Assembly: GCA_012295275.1 (NCBI GenBank) | Contig: CM022665.1 | Coordinates: 248,001 to 312,000 of the forward strand | DNA from: Chrysomallon squamiferum | Lineage: Eukaryota; Animalia; Mollusca | DNA: 64,000 nucleotides | Reading direction: 5' to 3' | Shown: positions 1 to 13,500 of the stretch, piece after piece | Numbering within the stretch: position 1 is the stretch's first letter | How the letters are laid out: every line of letters begins with the position of its first letter | The notes under the pieces: generated by a model | What the model was told of the DNA's origin: nothing | The model's database searches: none | What the model saw: only the letters and a program-made list of their open reading frames with translations | Made by a program: the position numbers and the translations under genes

Positions 1-387
1 TTGCAGACGAATATACAAAAAACGTTTCTGTATTTCTTTCTTTCTTAAATATATCAGGTTACAACAACAATAGTAATAATAATAATGATAATAATAATAA
101 TAATAATTTCATTACAAGTAACATCAACGACAACAACAATAACAATAATAACAACGTCAATAATAAATAAATAAATAATAATACAAAAATAAATGAATAA
201 AATGTAATGATAGTAATATTAATAATAATAATAATAATAATAATAACAACAACAACCAAAACAAAAAGAGTAGTAATGATAATTATAACAATAATAGTAG
301 TAACAATAAGATTAATAAAAATACTAATATCAACAGCGAAAAAAAAAAAAAAAGAAACAACAACAATGAAATAAAACAACAATATAC

Positions 388-475
388 CTGAAGCTCCAAG
401 TTCTCTGTTTCTTGTTGTTTCGATAAATTCGTCACTCGTTTCTCCATGTAGATTAATATCTGTGTTACAGTTGCT
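388..475 (-). CDS. IAP copy A, linker exon after BIR2 (SNCNTDINLHGETSDEFIETTRNRELGAS)
   Basis: TTTTAG acceptor, CAG|GTATAT donor, 88 nt, phase 0 to 1, stop-free; 3' part homologous to the 57-nt linker mini-exons of copies C and D. Confidence 0.6.
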
Positions 476-790
476 CTAAAATAGATTAATGATATAATAA
501 CAACAACAACAACAACAACAACAACAATAATAACGACAATAGTAGTAGCAGTAGTAGTACTAAAAAAAGAACAAAAATAATAATCGTAATAATAATAATG
601 ACACAAAAACATAAAATAATAAACTTTTTAAAAGTAACTTAACTAATAAAATAAGCAAATAATAAACAAAATATCCAAGGAAAGAGAAAGTAAAGATTAC
701 AAAATGTAAATTAAATTTACGAAATTGTTCAAATCCTTGTGAAAACACAAATACACGTATTTATACAAAGTTAATAATTTCGTGGTGGAG

Positions 791-954
791 CTAAAAATCT
801 TCACTTTCATTCATTTCTCGTACCAAATCAATACTTCTGATGAAATCGCATCGTGGAAACCGTCTGGCGTGTTCCACGTAAGGGTTATCTCCCTGCATCC
901 AATTTCTAAGTTCTCCGCCACAGTAAAAGCAGGTTGTGCTATCACGTGAATTAC
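791..954 (-). CDS. IAP copy A, exon with the second half of BIR2; runs into a stop because the donor is deleted
   Basis: ACACAG acceptor; [36 protein letters not shown] has the BIR Cx2C..H..C ligands; lacks HVKGDNF and the GAG|GTAACT donor seen in copy C; TAG at 791-793. Confidence 0.85.
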
Positions 955-1366
955 CTGTGTATACATGAATGTTCTTGTTAATAACTGTATACATTTCCTG
1001 TGACACATACATCCACCATAACTCTGCTAATACTGACACACAAACACATACACACATAGATGAACACTCATACAGAAATACATACATATACACAAAATTA
1101 ATGTATAATGTTGCAATCGATCTTTCAAAGATTTCAGATGACTATCAAAATACCAAAATTCAAAATCAGTCTTAAAATTCTGAAATGTTTATATCACTAT
1201 TAAAATGTCAGGTAAAATGTCAGTAATTTCAAGTCTTATTAGCAAATGAACATTAAAATGAAAAAGACTTAAAATGTAAATGATAAAAAGTATAGAGCAG
1301 TCGAAGAAGATTTTCAAATGATTATTAAAATGTGAAGATGTCTGATTAAGCAGCAGTAACACTGAC

Positions 1367-3601
1367 CAGAGAAGAAGAAACCGGCTTCTGCCAGTTCTCT
1401 CGGAGACTGGTAGTGATGACATGGCGATCGGTACTGAAATGACGAAATACGTGTTTGTACGTCGACGTAGTCCCTATGACGTGGTGCATGCAATGTCGGG
1501 GCTGATGTAGAGGAGCTTCCAGACAGAAAACCGGACAGCTGAAGGATTGGTAAATTACTGAGACTGAGCTGTGAAGAACTTTGATGAAAATCTTTAGAAG
1601 CAACAGCATCACCACTGACAGAACTCTGACCGTTAAAAGAAGGAACTGTAGCGTTAACAGGAAGTGAAACAGCATTTGTAGCCATATCAGCAGATGTAGA
1701 TGAAAAAATGGCTGTAGCCATACCACTGGTATTAACAGCAAATGTAGATGTAAAAGTGCTTGAGGGTATACTACAAATATTACCAGTAAGTGTAGGCATA
1801 CAGCTGGTATTAGTAGCTGATGCTAGAGTTCCAGTCAAACTGTCGGCAGATACGACAATATTTTCATGACCAACAGAGGTAACGATGTTGTCGATGTTAT
1901 TTCTTGGTGTTTCAGAGACTCCAAACAGTTCATTGTCACTAACTGAACTTTGAGAGTCGCTCCGATTACGAAGTGTTTCACTTTGAACAGCTGGTAACAC
2001 TGAACTGACAGTTAATCTGCCCAGGAATTCTTGTAGTCTCTGCTCAGCATTCCCACTTACCCGAATCGATTCATTTTCTTCCTCTCCCAGGACAAATCTG
2101 CAGCTTGGAGAGATTTGTCTGTGAATTTCCAGTGGGTTATCTTCAAGTCTCCAGTGATCATAGCTCTGACCATAGCTGAAGCAGACAACGCGATCATCAA
2201 ACCCAGTAAAGTAGAATCCAGCAGCTGCAAGACGACTTGGCCAGGCTGAGGTTAGAGAAAATCCTAAGTAAGTCGCATATCGGTCCCACTCCCTCCTGTA
2301 TCTGACAGTGTCTGAAGGTTCTGTCCCGAATTCATCATTTCTCGTCATTCCAGTTTCATTTCTCTCATCATCAGGAACGCCTGATTCTGTTTCCGCGAAA
2401 CCTTCCTGTTGCAGTTCATTCTCATCAGTGTTTTCATGTATTATTTTGTTAGTTTCAACAACATTTGATCCTGTTATGTCACTACTCAGATGTTCCGATT
2501 CATTTGTATCAATATTTGTACCTTCTGATTCATTCAACTCAACAGTTGTATGTTCTGATTCACTGCTATGAATTCTTGCAATTTCGGATTCATTTCCATC
2601 AACTGCTCCTTCTGATTTAATTCCACCAATAGTTGCAGCTTCTGACTCAATTCTATCAATTTTTGCAGCTTCTGATACATTCTCATGAACAGTAACACCG
2701 TCCGATTCACTTTCATCAATAGCTGCAGCTTCTGATTCATTTCTGTCAATTATTGCAGCTTCTGGTTCATTTATATCAACAGCTGCACCTTCAGATTTAT
2801 TTGTATCAGCTTCTGCAGATTCTGATTCATTTGCAGCACCAGTTTCATCTTCTGATTGATTTCCACCAATTTCTGCAGCTTGTAATTCACTTCCTTTCAT
2901 GTTTGCCGCTTCTGAATCACTTCCATCAATAGTTGCAGCTTCTGATTCATTTATGTCAACTCCTGCAGCATATGATTCATTTCTATAAATAGCTGCACCT
3001 TCTGATACATTTCTATCAACTACTGCAGATTCTGATTCATTTGCAGCAGCAGTTTCATCTTCTGATTTATTTCCGTCAATTCTTGCAGCTTCCGATTTAT
3101 TTCTATGGATAGCTGCACATTTTGATTCATTTCCATCAAATATTGAAGCTTCTGATTCATTTCCATCAACAGCTCCTGAATTACTTCCATCAACAGTTGC
3201 AACTTCTGATTCAATTCCATCAACTGCACCTTCTGAATTACTTCCATCATTAGTTGCAGCTTCTGATTCATTTCCTTGAATACTTGTAGATTCTGATTTA
3301 TTTATACCAGTATTTGCAACTTCTGATTCATTTCCATCAACAGTTGAATCTTTTGATTTATTTTTATCAGTTGTTGCATTATCTGATCCATCAGCTTCCG
3401 AACCCAGTTCTTTCGATTCAGTTCCTTCTCTCTTTTCTGACATTGTGTTGTACATTACTGGTTTATCATTGCTGGCTGAATTCAGGTTTAATTTCACCTT
3501 CTTCTTATCTTTATATAATCCATCATTAAGAAAGGTGAAAAAAATAAGTATGAAGTCTAAAAAGTACTGTTTATAATTCTTGTCCTCCTCCATGCGGAAA
3601 C
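1367..3601 (-). CDS. IAP copy A large exon: acidic 10-aa degenerate repeats, BIR1 (second Cys to Tyr), Ser/Thr linker, first half of BIR2
   Basis: Part of ORF 1314..3770; ATTTCAG acceptor at 3602-3603, G|GTCAGT donor at 1366; 2235 nt, phase 1-1; LAAAGFYFTG..DRVVCFSYG..W..H..C and LAEAGFFFSG motifs. Confidence 0.88.
2480..3360 (-). repeat. Degenerate 30-nt coding repeat (IDGNESEAAx)
   Basis: Recurrent ttctgattcatttc at about 30-nt spacing; protein repeats NESE/NKSE. Confidence 0.8.
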
Positions 3602-3664
3602 CTGAAATGTTCAACATGATATCTTTACCTATATACTCATTATTTGATTTACTTTTCGGTCTTC

Positions 3665-3680
3665 TTCTGATTATAAAACA

Positions 3681-3720
<40 letters not shown>

Positions 3721-3736
3721 TGTTTTATAATCAGAA
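3665..3736. repeat. Perfect 72-bp palindrome centred on a (TA)n tract
   Basis: ttctgattataaaacaattg-(ta)n-caattgttttataatcagaa. Confidence 0.9.
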
Positions 3737-4672
3737 TGCAATACCTATACTTTGATATGTACTCCACCATGTGTATTATAAAATAACCATAGCAAACAAA
3801 TCAGTTAAACATAATTTTAATTAACTCATACTTCTTAGACCTCTCTAATGAGACTGACATAACATTTTACATACAGTCGAAAACAAAAAGTGAGCATGAA
3901 ATTAACAAACCTGTAATACATTTTAGGAATATATGCCTTTTCTCTTTTTCCTTTTTAATGTTATATTGTTACATGATGATATTTATTTTCAACTCATGAA
4001 AAGGTAGAAATTGTTTTGTTTTCTCATTAGGACGAAAAACAGACAGTAGAGAAGATAAGTTTGATAGTTATAAAATGTCACTAAAATATTGATATTCGTG
4101 TTAATGCTTCATTTCTCTCCATCGTTTTCTGAACAGTCATTGCTAATGCATTCTTTACTCGACAAAATAAAATAAAAGAAACCTATAAATAAATGTCTTA
4201 AAAGTTATCCTGATAATAGCGGGAGTCATTGCATTTTTATCATTTTATGTTAGAAATCTGTGATGCAGTTTTCTGATATTTTATTAACATCTACAAAGCT
4301 TCACAGCTACTTTAACATCTAGATGTCACATCTGATGAATTAATCAAAGTCTGAATTAAATATATATGGAAAATTTTAAAACACGTGTGTGTTTTACAAG
4401 AAAGCTTTAAGTTATTAAAATTTATTTCATACATATTCACTCATTTTATTTAAAACTGTTAAGAATGTTCAAATTCTTCTCCTTTGAATCTATTAAAATA
4501 GAGATGATGGTTATTTTGTATTTCCCATCAAATCTGGAACGGACGTTTAAGATAAATTGAAAACAACATAGTGCACTATTGAGAGTTTAGAAAAAAAAAT
4601 TAAAGATCCATACATGACTTGAGATAATTTGAGAGTTTTTGTACATGTGTACATACTTACATTGAGATACCA

Positions 4673-4726
<54 letters not shown>

Positions 4727-6885
4727 AATAAATTAAAAATTTAAAAATCGTTCAACATACAGGTAAGATGTTGAATTAATATTCTGTTTCAGTTCATGTG
4801 TAATCTCTGTAATTTCAGAAATATAAATAAATAAAAATGTGTAAAATTAACATCAGTTTGCGGTTATAGGAAAATAATTATTTTTCACTAAATAGTTATT
4901 CAGATTAGAATAATGCACAAAGTCACAGTGGACAAAGCATTTGGTAACGACACCAGGACATTAATGAAACTCCGAGGATACCTGTTATGATAATTTCTGA
5001 AACGAGGAAATGAAGGAGACATTTGTCTGACTTGCAGTAACTCGAAATCACTGACAAACATTCACTAATTAAAATAAATAATAGATGTTGATGTTCTTAT
5101 ATTTAGTGAAAGGTCTCAGTAAGGTAAAATCAGGTTAGGGTCCTGTAAGCTACTGAAATTAAGAGAAATCAATATATTATTGCCATACTAAATAACTGGA
5201 TGTATACGCAATTATTTCTTTTCTTCACAGGCATTGTTTAAAACAAAACAAAAAAATATAAAAAAATAACAGTTGTTTACCAAACAAAAGTAAAGAATAT
5301 TAAATAAATGACAATCACTTTATAAGTTACGTTCAACAAGGTGTAAAAATACCTGTTGCCTAATCCTGTTTATCATTATAAAATTAACATCTGTGAAGAG
5401 TGGCTCTTCACACTGTTATGATTTTACATTAGAAATAGGTGATGCAGTTCATGGGTTAAAACATTGCATACTAAATAAGAGAATGTATAGGCAATTACTT
5501 CTTTGCTTCACAGGTATTGTTTAAAAAGAACAAAACACCTGTTCACCACACAAAAGTACAGAAGATTAAACATATGACAGTGACTTTATAAGTTACGTTC
5601 AAGAAGGTGTAAAAGTACCTGATGACTGAATGTTCCTCTTTATCATCTTCACCTGCTTATCACTTAGCTCTGTAAGTTCTGTAAGATGAAATCAAAACAA
5701 ACATTTTAAAATTAAGATCAGTGAAGTGTGGTTAGTCACACTATTATGATTTTACATTAGAAATAGGTGATGCAGTTTAAAAGAATCAATTATATTTATG
5801 ATTTATCTCGCCAATCTAGAATCGAGGTTATAAGTTGTAAGGATGAATTCTTCTAAGCATCCAGATAGAAATTTCAGCGTTTTCCTTAGATGAGTACGTT
5901 AGAAATAGGTGATGAAGGAGACATTTGTTTGACTTGCAATAATTAGAAATCACTGACCAAATCAGGGTAGGGTCCTGTCAGCTACTGAAATTACGATATA
6001 TCAATATTTTATAGCCGTACTAAATAATTGGATGTACAGGCAATTATTTCTTTGCTTTACAGGTATTGATTAAGAAAAAAATATTTAAAAGCAGGTTGTT
6101 TACCAAACAAAACATCAGTAGATTAAGTATATGACAGTGACTTTATAAGTTACGTTCAAGAAGGTGTAAAAGTACCTAAAGCATGAAAGATCCTCTTTAT
6201 CATCTTCACCTGCTTATCACTTAGCTCTGTAAGTTCTGTAAGATGAAATCAAAACAAACATTTTAAAATTAACATCTGTGAAGTGTGGTTCGTCACACTG
6301 TTATGATTTTACATTAGATATAGGCGATGCAGTTTTCACTAATTTTGTTTAAAAGGATCAGTTATATTCGTCATTTTTCTCGCCAGTCTAGAACCGAGAT
6401 TTTGAGTTGTAAGGATGAATTGTTCTAAGCATCCACAGACGACATCGAGATAGAAATTTCAGCGTTTTCCTTAGATGAGTACGCGTTTCACTTTCAATAC
6501 AAAATGCAAAAAGTGTTTCTCCGTATCTGCAAATAACTGTCAGAAACAGAGCTTACGGATCTATTAAATACTGCTCCTTTTAATAATAATAACAGTAATA
6601 AATAAACAAACAAATAAATAAAAATAAAGATTAGAAAAAAACAAAAAAACAACAAGAACTTTACGAATACCCTCAAGTCAGACATCATTACGGAGGGTGA
6701 CCATGCAAATTACGTTTTAATAAAACGAGCGTCACATGTTACATAAAGAATGACACTAAACAAACAAGGTTTAATCATATAACGATATTTTTATTTTTTA
6801 CTACTGTCTGTGTTCTTTCATCATCTTCCAAAAAATATTTAATTTAAAAAATTGTAAAAAACAAAACAAATTAAATTGTACATAC

Positions 6886-6966
6886 CTTTTATTGTGCTGT
6901 TTTCAACTTCACTTAAAGTTGAACAAGTTTTGTGACACATGATTTCCGTTGTTTCATAGGTTAAAC
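6886..6966 (-). CDS. Representative 81-nt symmetric exon cassette, (G)LTYETTEIMCHKTCSTLSEVENSTIK(G); also at 8228, 9572, 10926, 12269, 13611
   Basis: TTTCTGAAATTACAG acceptor, AAG|GTATGT donor, phase 1-1, no stop; diverged copies at 51210-51290 and 18788-18868 keep length and frame. Confidence 0.65.
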
Positions 6967-7518
6967 CTGTAATTTCAGAAATATGGATAAACATAAAATG
7001 TGTAAAATTAATATCAGCTAACGTTTGTAAGAAAATAATTCTTTTTCACCTATTATATTCATGTAGTAGTCATTCAGATTATAAAAATGCACAAAATCAC
7101 AGACAGAAAAACTATTTGAAAACGAAACCAGGACATTAATGAAACTCCACGCTTATCTTTTGGGATAATTTTTAAAACCAGGAAATAAAGGAGACATTTG
7201 TCTGACTTGCAATAATTCGAAATCACTGACAAACGTTCACTAATTAAAATAAATAATAGATGTTGATGTTCGTATATTCATTGAAAGGCATGAGTGAGGT
7301 AAAATCAGGATAGGGCTCTATCAGCTACTGAAATTACTATATATCAATATTTTATAGCCGTACTAAATAATTGGATGTACAGGCAATTATTTCTTTGCTT
7401 TACAGGTATTGATTAAGAAATAAATACTTAAAAACAGGTTGTTTACCAAACAAAACATCAGTAGATTAAGTATATGACAGTGACTTTATAAGTTACGTTC
7501 AAGAAGGTGTAAAAGTAC

Positions 7519-7578
7519 CTAAAGCATGAAAGATCCTCTTTATCATCTTCACCTGCTTATCACTTAGCTCTGTAAGTT
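7519..7578 (-). CDS. Representative 60-nt symmetric exon candidate, (E)LTELSDKQVKMIKRIFHAL(G)
   Basis: CATCTTACAG acceptor with an in-frame alternative AG 9 nt downstream; weak TAG|GTACTT donor; phase 1-1; the variant unit type has an in-frame TAG. Confidence 0.4.
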
Positions 7579-10500
7579 CTGTAAGATGAAATCAAAACAA
7601 ACATTTTAAAATTAACATCTGTGAAGTGTGGTTCGTCACACTGTTATGATTTTACATTAGATATAGGCGATGCAGTTTTCACTAATTTTGTTTAAAAGGA
7701 TCAGTTATATTCGTGATTTTTCTCGCCAGTCTAGAACCGAGATTTTGAGTTGTAAGGATGAATTGTTCTAAGCATCCACAGACGACATCGAGATAGAAAT
7801 TTCAGCGTTTTCCTTAGATGAGTACGCGTTTCACTTTCAATACAAAATGCAAAAAGTGTTTCTCCGTATCTGCAAATAACTGTCAGAAACAGAGCTTACG
7901 GATCTATTAAATACTGCTCCTTTTAATAATAATAACAGTAATAAATAAACAAACAAATAAATAAAAATAAAGATTAGAAAAAAACAAAAAAAACAACAAG
8001 AACTTTACGAATACCCTCAAGTCAGACATCATTACGGAGGGTGACCATGCAAATTACGTTTTAATAAAACGAGCGTCACATGTTACATAAAGAATGACAC
8101 TAAACAAACAAGGTTTAATCATATAACGATATTTTTATTTTTTACTACTGTCTGTGTTCTTTCATCATCTTCCAATATTTAATTTTAAAAAATTGTAAAA
8201 AAACAAAACAAATTAAATTGTACATACCTTTTATTGTGCTGTTTTCAACTTCACTTAAAGTTGAACAAGTTTTGTGACACATGATTTCCGTTGTTTCATA
8301 GGTTAAACCTGTAATTTCAGAAATATGGATAAACATAAAATGTGTAAAATTAATATCAGCTAACGTTTGTAAGAAAATAATTCTTTTTCACCTATTATAT
8401 TCATGTCGTAGTCATTCAGATTATAAAAATGCACAAAATCACAGACAGAAAAACTATTTGAAAACGAAACCAGGACATTAATGAAACTCCACGCTTATCT
8501 TTTGGGATAATTTTTAAAACCAGGAAATAAAGGAGACATTTGTCTGACTTGCAATAATTCGAAATCACTGACAAACGTTCACTAATTAAAATAAATAATA
8601 GATGTTGATGTTCGTATATTCATTGAAAGGCATGAGTGAGGTAAAATCAGGATAGGGCTCTATCAGCTACTGAAATTACTATATATCAATATTTTATAGC
8701 CGTACTAAATAATTGGATGTACAGGCAATTATTTCTTTGCTTTACAGGTATTGATTAAGAAATAAATACTTAAAAACAGGTTGTTTACCAAACAAAACAT
8801 CAGTAGATTAAGTATATGACAGTGACTTTATAAGTTACGTTCAAGAAGGTGTAAAAGTACCTAAAGCATGTAAGATCCTCTTTATCATATTCACCTGCTT
8901 ATCACTTAGCTCTGTAAGTTCTGTAAGATGAAATCAAAACAAACATTTTAAAATTAACATCTGTGAAGTGTGGTTCGTCACACTGTTATGATTTTACATT
9001 AGATATAGGCGATGCAGTTTTCACTAATTTTGTTTAAAAGAATCAATTATATTCATGATTTATCTCGCCAATCTAGAACCGAGATTTTGAGTTGTAAGGA
9101 TGAATTGTTCTAAGCATCCACAGACGACATCGAGATAGAAATTTCAGCGTTTTCCTTAGATGAGTACGCGTTTCACTTTCAATACAAAATGCAAAAAGTG
9201 TTTCTCCGTATCTGCAAATAACTGTCAGAAACAGAGCTTACGGATCTATTAAATACTGCTCCTTTTAATAATAATAACAGTAATAAATAAACAAACAAAT
9301 AAATAAAAATAAAGATTAGAAAAAAACAAAAAAACAACAAGAACTTTACGAATACCCTCAAGTCAGACATCATTACGGAGGGTGACCATGCAAATTACGT
9401 TTTAATAAAACGAGCGTCACATGTTACATAAAGAATGACACTAAACAAACAAGGTTTAATCATATAACGATATTTTTTTTTTTTTACTACTGTCTGTGTT
9501 CTTTCATCATCTTCCAAAAATATTTAATTTAAAAAATTGTAAAAAAACAAAACAAATTAAATTGTACATACCTTTTATTGTGCTGTTTTCAACTTCATTT
9601 AAAGTTGAACAAGTTTTGTGACACATGATTTCCGTTGTTTCATAGGTTAAACCTGTAATTTCAGAAATATGGATAAACATAAAATGTGTAAAATTAATAT
9701 CAGCTAACGTTTGTAAGAAAATAATTCTTTTTCACCTATTATATTCATGTAGTAGTCATTCAGATTATAAAAATGCACAAAATCACAGACAGAAAAACTA
9801 TTTGAAAACGAAACCAGGACATTAATGAAACTCCACGCTTATCTTTTGGGATAATTTTTAAAACCAGGAAATAAAGGAGACATTTGTCTGACTTGCAATA
9901 ATTCGAAATCACTGACAAACGTTCACTAATTAAAATAAATAATAGATGTTGATGTTCGTATATTCATTGAAAGGCATGAGTGAGGTAAAATCAGGGTAGG
10001 GTCCTGTCAGCTACTGAAAATACGATAAATCAATATAATATTGCCATACTAAATAACTGGATGTATACACAATTATATCTTACTTCACAGGCATTGTTTT
10101 GAAACAAAACAAAAAAATAAAAGTAATAATAGTTGTTTACCAAAGAAAAGTAAACAACATTAAATATATGACAATCGCTTTATAAGGTACGCTCAACAAG
10201 GTGTAAAAATACCTGGTGACTGAATAATCCTTTTTATCATGTTCACCTACTTATTATTTAGCTCTGTAAGTTCAGTAAGATAAGATTAGAATGAACATAT
10301 TAAAATTAACATCTGTGAAGTGTGGTTCGTCACACTGTTATGATTTTACATTAGATATAGGCGATGCAGTTTTCACTAATTTTGTTTAAAAGGATCAGTT
10401 ATATTCGTGATTTTTCTCGCCAATCTAGAACCGAGATTTTGAGTTGTAAGGATGAATTGTTCTAAGCATCCACAGACGACATCGAGATAGAAATGTCAGC

Positions 10501-13500
10501 GTTTTCCTTAGATGAGTACGCGTTTCACTTTCAATACAAAATGCAAAAAAGTGTTTCTCCGTATCTGCAAATAACTGTCAGAAACAGAGCTTACGGATCT
10601 ATTAAATACTGCTCCTTTTAATAATAATAACAGTAATAAATAAACAAACAAATAAATAAAAATAAAGATTAGAAAAAAACACAAAAACAACAAGAACTTT
10701 ACGAATACCCTCAAGTCAGACATCATTACGGAGGGTGACCATGCAAATTACGTTTTAATAAAACGAGCGTCACATGTTACATAAAGAATGACACTAAACA
10801 AACAAGGTTTAATCATATAACGATATTTTTTATTTTTTACTACTGTCTGTGTTCTTTCATCATCTTCCAAAAATATTTAATTTAAAAAATTGTAAAAAAA
10901 ACAAAACAAATTAAATTGTACATACCTTTTATTGTGCTGTTTTCAACTTCATTTAAAGTTGAACAAGTTTTGTGACACATGATTTCCGTTGTTTCATAGG
11001 TTAAACCTGTAATTTCAGAAATATGGATAAACATAAAATGTGTAAAATTAATATCAGCTAACGTTTGTAAGAAAATAATTCTTTTTCACCTATTATATTC
11101 ATGTAGTAGTCATTCAGATTATAAAATGCACAAAATCACAGACAGAAAAACTATTTGAAAACGAAACCAGGACATTAATGAAACTCCACGCTTATCTTTT
11201 GGGATAATTTTTAAAACCAGGAAATAAAGGAGACATTTGTCTGACTTGCAATAATTCGAAATCACTGACAAACGTTCACTAATTAAAATAAATAATAGAT
11301 GTTGATGTTCGTATATTCATTGAAAGGCATGAGTGAGGTAAAATCAGGATAGGGCTCTATCAGCTACTGAAATTACTATATATCAATATTTTATAGCCGT
11401 ACTAAATAATTGGATGTACAGGCAATTATTTCTTTGCTTTTACAGGTATTGATTAAGAAATAAATACTTAAAAACAGGTTGTTTACCAAACAAAACATCA
11501 GTAGATTAAGTATATGACAGTGACTTTATAAGTTACGTTCAAGAAGGTGTAAAAAGTACCTAAAGCATGAAAGATCCTCTTTATCATCTTCACCTGCTTA
11601 TCACTTAGCTCTGTAAGTTCTGTAAGATGAAATCAAAACAAACATTTTAAAATTAACATCTGTGAAGTGTGGTTCGTCACACTGTTATGATTTTACATTA
11701 GATATAGGCGATGCAGTTTTCACTAATTTTGTTTAAAAGGATCAGTTATATTCGTGATTTTTTCTCGCCAGTCTAGAACCGAGATTTTGAGTTGTAAGGA
11801 TGAATTGTTCTAAGCATCCACAGACGACATCGAGATAGAAATTTCAGCGTTTTCCTTAGATGAGTACGCGTTTCACTTTCAATACAAAATGCAAAAGTGT
11901 TTCTCCGTATCTGCAAATAACTGTCAGAAACAGAGCTTACGGATCTATTAAATACTGCTCCTTTTAATAATAATAACAGTAATAAATAAACAAACAAATA
12001 AATAAAAATAAAGATTAGAAAAAAACAAAAAAACAACAAGAACTTTACGAATACCCTCAAGTCAGACATCATTACGGAGGGTGACCATGCAAATTACGTT
12101 TTAATAAAACGAGCGTCACATGTTACATAAAGAATGACACTAAACAAACAAGGTTTAATCATATAACGATATTTTTTATTTTTTACTACTGTCTGTGTTC
12201 TTTCATCATCTTCCAAAAATATTTAATTTAAAAATTGTAAAAAACAAAACAAATTAAATTGTACATACCTTTTATTGTGCTGTTTTCAACTTCACTTAAA
12301 GTTGAACAAGTTTTGTGACACATGATTTCCGTTGTTTCATAGGTTAAACCTGTAATTTCAGAAATATGGATAAACATAAAATGTGTAAAATTAATATCAG
12401 CTAACGTTTGTAAGAAAATAATTCTTTTTTTCACCTATTATATTCATGTAGTAGTCATTCAGATTATAAAATGCACAAAATCACAGACAGAAAAACTATT
12501 TGAAAAACGAAACCAGGACATTAATGAAACTCCACGCTTATCTTTTGGGATAATTTTTAAAACCAGGAAATAAAGGAGACATTTGTCTGACTTGCAATAA
12601 TTCGAAATCACTGACAAACGTTCACTAATTAAAATAAATAATAGATGTTGATGTTCGTATATTCATTGAAAGGCATGAGTGAGGTAAAAATCAGGATAGG
12701 GCTCTATCAGCTACTGAAATTACTATATATCAATATTTTATAGCCGTACTAAATAATTGGATGTACAGGCAATTATTTCTTTTGTTTTACAGGTATTGAT
12801 TAAGAAATAAATACTTAAAAACAGGTTGTTTACCAAACAAAACATCAGTAGATTAAGTATATGACAGTGACTTTATAAGTTACGTTCAAGAAGGTGTAAA
12901 AGTACCTAAAGCATGTAAGATCCTCTTTATCATATTCACCTGCTTATCACTTAGCTCTGTAAGTTCTGTAAGATGAAATCAAAACAAACATTTTAAAATT
13001 AACATCTGTGAAGTGTGGTTCGTCACACTGTTATGATTTTACATTAGATATAGGCGATGCAGTTTTCACTAATTTTGTTTAAAAAGAATCAATTATATTC
13101 ATGATTTATCTCGCCAATCTAGAACCGAGATTTTGAGTTGTAAGGATGAATTGTTCTAAGCATCCACAGACGACATCGAGATAGAAATTTCAGCGTTTTC
13201 CTTAGATGAGTACGCGTTTCACTTTCAATACAAAATGCAAAAGTGTTTCTCCGTATCTGCAAATAACTGTCAGAAACAGAGCTTACGGATCTATTAAATA
13301 CTGCTCTTTTAATAATAATAACAGTAATAAATAAACAAACAAATAAATAAAAATAAAGATTAGAAAAAAAAAAAACAACAAGAACTTTACGAATACCCTC
13401 AAGTCAGACATCATTACGGAGGGTGACCATGCAAATTACGTTTTAATAAAACGAGCGTCACATGTTACATAAAGAATGACACTAAACAAACAAGGTTTAA

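Noticed and set aside
3602-3770. N-terminal extension of the 818-aa ORF (MVEYISKY..YIYIYI)
   Set aside because: Runs through a TA microsatellite and palindrome upstream of a good acceptor at 3602-3603; likely intron
4761-4806. Cassette homolog near copy A with AG and GTATGT ends
   Set aside because: 46 nt, not a multiple of three, so not a symmetric coding exon; treated as a decayed relic
6494-6688. Recurrent MMSDLRVFVKFLLF... ORF in each 1.345-kb unit, resembling a signal or membrane peptide
   Set aside because: Hydrophobicity comes from A/T-rich simple sequence; ORF length changes with homopolymer indels between units; no domain similarity
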